DNA from: Octopus vulgaris
Taxonomy: Eukaryota
Assembly: GCA_951406725.2 (NCBI GenBank)
Contig: OX597826.1
Coordinates: 74,400,001-74,464,000 of the forward strand
Direction of reading: 5' to 3'
Length of the DNA stretch: 64,000 nt
A model generated the notes under the pieces. That model was not told the DNA's origin. It worked only from the letters and a program-made list of their open reading frames with translations, and made no database searches. Of the stretch, positions 55,855-64,000 are shown piece by piece; the stretch's first letter is position 1, and each line of letters starts with the position of its first letter. Both the position numbers and the translations under genes were made by a program.

Positions 55855-56063
55855 CATACATACATACATACATACATACATACATACATACACACATACA
55901 CACGCACATACATACATACATACAAACATACATATATATATAATGCATATATGTATATAACGTCGATTGTTGACTGACAGGCAAGCTATCCGTCGTTCTT
56001 TGCATATCTCTTTCACTCTCTCTCTCTCTCTCTCTCTCTTCTCTTCTCTGTCTCTCTCTATAG

Positions 56064-56126
<63 letters not shown>

Positions 56127-56550
56127 ATATATATATGTGCGTTCCTAGGTCACTTCTTCCCTTCTACGTCGTAAGTTCAATCTGAAGCAGCGGCTGCTCT
56201 CCCAATCGGTCGCTCTCACCTCCGTAACTGGCTGGCTGGCCAGCTTGTCGGTTGAGTCTCTCTCCTTGAAGCGACTCTTCATTCAAATCATTACAATTTC
56301 CACCACCGCCACAACCATCACCACACGCCGTCCACCCCGTCCACCCCGATACACACAAATACACGCGCGCACTCACGCACCCACCCACAACGCGCCGCAC
56401 GCTCACATCTCGCATTATCGCAGACACTTCGGTTACGGTGTTCATAGCAGATCGATTCACCACCACTTCTCAACAATGTCTCCGCTTAGTACACGTGTTC
56501 GATACCCGTTCAGGATACTGTGTGACGCCGACATCAATCTAGTAACTTAA
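55240..56550 (+). promoter_or_regulatory. Candidate promoter or 5' UTR region
   Basis: SINE-free, CpG-retaining unique sequence; (TC)n and C tracts, Inr-like TCAGTC at 55389, CCAAT near 56201; upstream of the candidate start exon. Confidence 0.3.
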
Positions 56551-56652
56551 TTTCCAATACTATATATACATATATATACATAATTACACTATTTATACTA
56601 TTTATACATATATATATATACATACATATACATACATAATTTTTTCGCTATC

Positions 56653-56730
<78 letters not shown>

Positions 56731-56868
56731 AGATATATACATACATGCATATACACATATATACATATCCATCCATATAAATATACATATATACACAAGT
56801 TTCTATCTCTTTTCCTTTCGTCCTCTCTTCGTCTCCTCGTCTTCCTTCTCTCTCCCTCTTTCTCTCTA

Positions 56869-56920
<52 letters not shown>

Positions 56921-57991
56921 TATAAAATTCCCATTGGAGTACCAGACTTGCGGAAAAGGAATTTTATTACAGAAAAAAAGAAACGAGATAAAATTCAAAA
57001 AATACCTGTGGATTGGAACCGACTACCTTGCACATTGGAAGATTTACCGTTTACATTTTGTCACTTTATTTTAATCTGAAGCAAACCCCTCAAATGCACA
57101 TGGATACATGACACACCAGCATCATGCAAACACGAAAACACAAATGGTTGTACATGTTCAGAAGCAAAATAAACATAACAAACACACGTTTACACTTGCT
57201 TCGTATGTATTTACATATAGAGAGAGCTCCCGTGGCCTGGCGTGCAGGCTTCAAGCCTGTGGCTGACTGACACCAGACTGGTTCAGTTCCACCTTTCGGA
57301 CGACGGACACCAAGGGGTCCTATTTTCTTTCACCTGCGTCCGATTTTTATATATACAGTATATATATATATAATTGTATGTACATAGATATTTATTTACT
57401 CAGTAACTACAAAACAAAGTGTTTCCCAGCTGGAGCACTGCTAAAATAGATCGTTCAAATATACATATACACGGATATTAATATCTTTACTCATACCCAT
57501 ACATACACACAAAACACACACATATACACACATATATATATTTATCTGTATATGTATATATTTTCTCGTGAGATTTAAAGTCTAGGTGTATAGGTCCCTA
57601 GTTTTCTTTCCGGTCTCGTCCCAAGTGTGTTATGTCTATAGAAATTATAGATATACATAGGCATGCCCTGTTGTACACGTGCAGGTATGCATGAATCCCC
57701 TAATGCTGATATTAACCCCTAGACCGGCAAACACCTGTAGATATATACCCCATACACAACTACTATACGTTAATACTCATTTATCTACTCCCATTAACAA
57801 ATATAACCATACAGAAAATATTTAGCTCTCAAGCACCAATAAACACAGATACACATACACACACATTATATATATATATATATATATGCAGTAATATGCT
57901 TATTTAACACCTTGTGCACAGGTATATGTACAGGTGAACATACATGCTTCTGTAAGACGCATACTTCAAAGACAACAGTTTTAAAAAAACC

Positions 57992-58047
57992 ATGGAGGAA
58001 GAGGAAAATATAGATTCACCGAATTTAGAATACAAGGAACTTCAAAT
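57992..58047 (+). CDS. Candidate first coding exon of an unidentified host gene (MEEEENIDSPNLEYKELQ)
   Basis: AAAACCATGG Kozak context, 18 open codons plus 2 nt, then consensus donor GTAAGT at 58048. No downstream exon identified. Confidence 0.5.
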
Positions 58048-58100
58048 GTAAGTAGCAAATAAATATATGCATATATAAATACACACGCACCTACTCGTGT

Positions 58101-58139
<39 letters not shown>

Positions 58140-58167
58140 CATACATACGTCATATATATAAATACAT

Positions 58168-58214
<47 letters not shown>

Positions 58215-58252
58215 TTACGTCATATATACATATATATATATATATATATACA

Positions 58253-58305
<53 letters not shown>

Positions 58306-58622
58306 CAGAAGATTGTATTACTTAATGCACATATGTTGACTGATAATATAGGTGCATGCTGTAATCTGAGAATATCTTGGCACAATGTGTGTGTGTGTGT
58401 GTGTGTGTGTTTATGTCTGTGTCTGTGTTTGTGTGTTTCTGTGTTTGTGTGTGTGTGTACATATATATATATATATATATTTACCTAAGCGTGCTTATAC
58501 ATATGCACACAGAAATTACTTTATTTTACATCGATTTCTACCATTTCAGCTCCCTCATCTATCTACCTATCTATCAATCTATCTATGCGTGTGACTGTGT
58601 GCGTGATTTTGTATATGGGTGT

Positions 58623-58688
<66 letters not shown>

Positions 58689-58704
58689 TATGTATGCATG
58701 TATA

Positions 58705-58847
<143 letters not shown>

Positions 58848-59006
58848 TAATTGTCTATCTCTCTATTCCACCCCTTCCTCTGTCTGCTGCTTTTATCTGT
58901 CTATTTTCATCTCGTTATTATGTATATTTATGCATACATGTATGGTATCTGTGTTTGTATGTGTGTGTGTGTGAGTATACATACATACATGCACACACAC
59001 ACACAC

Positions 59007-59070
<64 letters not shown>

Positions 59071-59440
59071 GTATTTCTCTGTGATTCTTCTCAAACACAC
59101 ACATAAAGACATGCGTGAATACAATCAGTGTTTGTATGAATACAGCTGTTGGCGCGCGTGCGTGCGTATATATCTGTCACTCACTCTGTGTCTCACTCGG
59201 ATTCTTACGTTGCTTTCAATGAAAAAAACGACAATATTTCTGTAGCACAAACACACTTCATTCATACCACATACACGCGCGCGTGCGCAAACGCATACAC
59301 GACAGGACGTCCTTCCAGCAAGTGTGTTTCTCTCTAGAAAAACTTAGCAATTTTATAAACATACAACTACAAACATGTATACTACCTGTCACATGTGTGT
59401 GAGTCCCTCAGTTTCTCTCACTCTCTCTATGTCTCTCGCT

Positions 59441-59641
59441 ACCTCGTGTGTACCGTTGGCGATTTGTTTTCCCTCTGTCTTCCCTTCTCTGGATCTTTCC
59501 TTCTCCTATGTTTCCGACGAAGAGCTCCGCTCGAAACGTTAAACCCTCCTTCTTTCCTTCTTTCCTGAGCGTCCAATAACACTATATTTGTTCCACGTCC
59601 TCGCGTTTTTGTGTTTTTATTTTGTGCTTTCTTGTTTGGAT

Positions 59642-59647
<6 letters not shown>
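59441..59647 (+). mobile_element. Hammerhead-bearing short element, subfamily A
   Basis: Motif at 59510-59544; ends TTGGATTAAC then a long (TA)n. Confidence 0.8.
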
Positions 59648-59732
<85 letters not shown>

Positions 59733-60288
59733 GATAGAGAGAGAGAGAAAGAGTAAAGACCTCTTGGGTTATGAATGACCATGGAGTTGCACCTAGAAAA
59801 TTCCCCTCCAAGGTACAAATCCGGCTAAGGTTGTGTATGGAAGACCAGTCACCCCTCTCCGCGCCACTGATGCGGAAAAAACAAAGGGGCCGATACAGCT
59901 TGGCACCAGTGACGTCTGAACTCGTTTCTACAGCTGAGTGAATTGGGGCAACGTGAAATAAAGTGACTTGCTCAAAGAAACAACACAGAGCCCGGTCCGG
60001 GAATTGACCTCACAACATCATGACCGTGAGCCCGACACTCTATCCACTGAGCCGTGCTCCTTCGCGTGTATGTATTTTTTGTGGGGAAGGGGGTGCAGGG
60101 TATGTATGTTTATGTGTATATAATATCTTTTATCTCTTACTAGTTTTAGTCATTAGATAGTGACCATGCTGGGGCACCCCCTTGAAGGAGTTTAGTCGGA
60201 AAAAAACGATCCCAAGAAGTATTTTCTCAAACCTGGCACTTATACCGTAGTAAACACAACACTGCTTGCCAAAAGCGAGGTTGAGAGT

Positions 60289-60376
<88 letters not shown>

Positions 60377-60463
60377 AGCCAGGTTCTTCGAGAGAGCCCG
60401 AAACATTTTTCTCGTCCGTTTTTTGTGTCGACTATTTGAGTGTTTTGCGTTCTTGTCCCATTT

Positions 60464-60502
<39 letters not shown>

Positions 60503-60881
60503 GAATGTGTTTGTGTCTGTGTTTGTAGGGTTTGTTGAATTATATTGTGTTTCCACGGCATGAAACTATTAGTAGATCTTATTTATATAGTGTATGTACT
60601 AAATATTGATCTCTCACTGATTGGAATACTTTTTTGCTGAAAACATATATATTAATAATTTGCTTAAGTATTGTGAGATTGATAGCCTGGTGTAGAACTC
60701 AATGTACGGATGCTTCAGAACATCATGCTGGATCAGTATAGAATGGTTATAAGGGGAAAAAAATGACATCGGAAAACCGAGGGTTATGTAATGAATTTCA
60801 TTATAAATTCATTTTCCGCTGTCATCTTTTTGTTCTTATAACTACTCTCTCTTTCTCTCTCTCTCTCCTTATATACATACA

Positions 60882-61006
<125 letters not shown>

Positions 61007-61655
61007 TCATTCATTCATTTTGGTACATCCTGAATTTCATGTTGAGCATCTCCTCTAAAACGCCAGTGCAGTCAAATGGTCTCCGTCTCCAGATTTCTAT
61101 TAGGTCTCCGAAACATAACACCTGATATGGCCCTTCGGCCTCAACAGCAATGGTCAGCCAGTAAAGCCTGCTCTACGTTGAACAATGGATAATAGTAATA
61201 ATGGATGGAATGTGTTCATAAATAGACGTCTTTGGTCTCGAGTCCGCGCCATGTGGCTGGTGTTTGTACCATAAGGGTGATTTCGAGACTCTCTTTTCAT
61301 AGACCAGTTTTCTATGCCATAAAGAGGAAATGGTCTCTACACATGTTTCAACGAAGGCTAATTGACTGAAAGTTTTGATTTTCAGATGGCAATCATCAAC
61401 TTTATACGTCTATTATGCGCACTCACTCGCTGATAAATACAAACTCAGACATTAACAAATGTTACATATTTATTATATCATACCGTGATGCAGTGTGGAC
61501 TAAGATCCCCGCTGTCAGGCCGCTGGTATTTATAGAGTGTTAAACACTTTCGATATGCAAATTAGGATCTCCTTCATAGAGTAACTGCTGCATTTGTTGA
61601 GTATATAAACAGTTTGGCTGCTTGTCTCTCTGGAGACTGTCAGAATGATGTAAAC

Positions 61656-61698
61656 GCCTCTGATGAGAACCCAATAAGTTTCGAAAACGGATTAAGGC
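61656..61698 (+). ncRNA. Type I hammerhead-like motif
   Basis: GCCT-CTGATGA-GAAC-CCAATAA-GTTTC-GAAA-ACGGAT-TA-AGGC. Confidence 0.55.
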
Positions 61699-62059
61699 TG
61701 CTCATCGTTTTCTTCTTTTTTTTCTTTTTGTTCAGTCTGCGGTATAATGGCTAAAATTTGTCCTGTTTATAATTATACCATATGTTATATATATGATAGA
61801 TAGATAGATAGATGGATAGATAAATTAGTTATAGGATTCACAAGAATCGCAGCTCATCAACAGGTAGGATGCCAGGAAATGGCTAGGTTCAGAAACGTGG
61901 GGTCCGCAGTGAGATAAAGAGCCATGAAGGTATCATATGCTGGTAGGATACTGTAAATATACAAGTAGCCAATCCAATTTAAACCATACAAACGACCCAC
62001 GACCCGGGGCCGGTTCTAAGTGCAGTGTAGCCATAAAGAACACAGATTGGGTTTTAAAT

Positions 62060-62140
62060 TTACGACAGCTGTTTCGGTAGGGTTTTTATTGGTGTATTCT
62101 TAGATTACATCATAGCATATAATCCCCCATTCTCAGGTAA
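62060..62140 (-). ncRNA. Degenerate type I hammerhead-like motif
   Basis: TTAC-CTGAGAA-(T)GGGGG...CCCTACC-GAAA-CAGCTG-TC-GTAA; G8 is mutated. Confidence 0.45.
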
Positions 62141-62219
62141 TATTATAAGCAGGGGTGATAATACGTTGATGATAATGAATCCAACCAACATTTTTGGATA
62201 AGTATGTATGTACATACAT

Positions 62220-62252
<33 letters not shown>

Positions 62253-62309
62253 CACATATATATATACATACATACATACATACATACATACATACATACA
62301 TACACACAA

Positions 62310-62476
62310 AGGCGCAGGAGTAGCTGTGTGGTAAGTAGTTTGCTTACAAACCACATGGTTCCGGTTTCAGTCCCACTACGTGGCACCTTGGGCAAGTGTC
62401 TTCTACTATAGCCACGGGCCGATCAAAGCCTTGTGAGTGGATTTGGTAGACGGAAACTGAAAGAAGCTCGTCGTAT

Positions 62477-62538
<62 letters not shown>

Positions 62539-63036
62539 AAGTGTGTAAGTATGTGTATGTTTGTGTTTGTGTGTCTGTTTATGCCCCTAACATCACTTGA
62601 CAACCGATGCTGGTGTGTTTACGTCCCCATAACTTAGCGGTTCGGCAAAAGAGACCGATAGAATAAGTACTAAGCTTACAAAGAATAAGTCCTGGGGTTT
62701 ATTTGTTCGACTAAAGGCGGTGCTCCAGCATGGCCACAGTCAAATGACTGGAATAAATAAAAGAATAAAAGAATATATATGGAGCGCCGCCTTTAGTCGA
62801 GCAAATCAACCCCAGGACTTATTCTTTGTAAGCTTAGTACTTATTTTATTGGTCTCTTTTGCCGAACCGCTAAGTTACAGGGACGTAAACACACCAGCAT
62901 ATGTTGTCAAGCGATGTTGGGGGGGGGGGGATAAACAGACACACACACACACAAACATACACACACATATATATATGTGTGTGTGTATACGACGGGCTTC
63001 TTTCAGTTTCCTTTTACCAAATCAACTCACAAGGCT
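62310..63036. mobile_element. Tail-to-tail pair of SINE family B copies
   Basis: Plus copy at 62310-62775 and minus copy at 62781-63036. Confidence 0.9.
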
Positions 63037-63499
63037 TTTCAAATGAAAGATAGAAGATGGAATATACGAGAATTTATTATTAATCATTACAGTCGTTATA
63101 TGTGTTATCCATTCTGTATATTGCCGTGTTATTTGTAACGAATGCTTGATACCCAGAAATTTGCCTCTGGTAACTCTTTTCGCCAAAACAATCCATCCTT
63201 CATCGGGCAGCCGATAACTACACCGGATGTTCCACCCAACTTGCTTGGTACGCTTCCGCATGAAAAGCAAACCTTCTAAAATGTATGGACAGACTCAGAA
63301 ATGTTAACGACCATTCAATAGAGATAGGATATCATCTTAAACTGGTAGAACACGCGTTATACTGTGAGCGTCTACCAGCCAACTGTGGTTGTAAAATCGA
63401 TATGTTTTGCCTTGTACTTGTCCGCTGTCTGTAGTACAACTCATTGAGGGAGCGCTACTGGTAACAGTTAGAAATGTTAGTTCTTAAATCCTTTTCAAG

Positions 63500-63800
63500 C
63501 AGACTAATGAAATAGTAATGTTTATGACCACCTCAATATGGCTGTTCGATGAGACTGCCAATCAAATGAGGCCAGCTGATCGATCAACAATATTCAATGA
63601 AAAAGGACAAATATTTGACCGATTTGCAGAGCACTTCCTGCAATTTACTCAATATACAACGACACAACATTAGAAAACTTAACGTATCACACAGTTGGGG
63701 TCTCTTGGGTGACCCTCTAAGAGTGAAAGCGGTGACGTTCCACCGATGTCCATCTCGATTAGAAAGACATCAAAAGTGGATCAGGCTTCGGGAGAAGCGT
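63500..63800 (+). pseudogene. RTE LINE linker-region fragment
   Basis: MRPADRSTIFNEKGQIFDRFAEHF..LLN resembles the LKQWEEHFNELLN region of the 19.6 kb RTE. Confidence 0.6.
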
Positions 63801-63969
63801 TGAAAAATTAAAGAGAAATGTTTATTCGTATGGCGGAGTCTTTTATGCACGTTCCTGATCAGATCACGTAAACGACATTCAGATCAACCAAGATTGCATA
63901 CTTACACCGACGTTATTCTAATTTTATCTGAGAACTCTGTTCGAAGCTGCATTCTGTAACTGGTATCGA

Positions 63970-64000
<31 letters not shown>

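Overview
Repeat-dense, AT-rich animal DNA. The SINE families and very long (TA)n/(CA)n/(TATC)n/(TAA)n microsatellites resemble octopus (coleoid cephalopod) genomes; this is an inference. Nearly all supplied ORFs are microsatellite artefacts. The window holds about 40 tRNA-derived SINE copies or fragments (4 families), a decayed RTE LINE (18.0-20.8 kb) plus two RTE pieces, three L1/Tx1 fragments, a CR1-type 3' end, a Penelope-like GIY-YIG fragment, Tc1 and DD41D-type mariner relics, a non-autonomous Helitron, a MITE-like element, a 29-bp minisatellite and a 100-N gap. A candidate host gene start lies at 57992 (+; Kozak ATG plus GTAAGT donor) inside a SINE-free island. The main finding is a set of about 200-bp non-coding elements ending in (TA)n that each carry a minimal type I hammerhead ribozyme motif with covarying stems, including a tandem trimer with a 183/194-nt period (retrozyme-like, predicting small circular RNAs). 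Several unrelated hammerhead motifs also occur, one fully canonical (44478-44566). Repeat boundaries were read by eye and are approximate.
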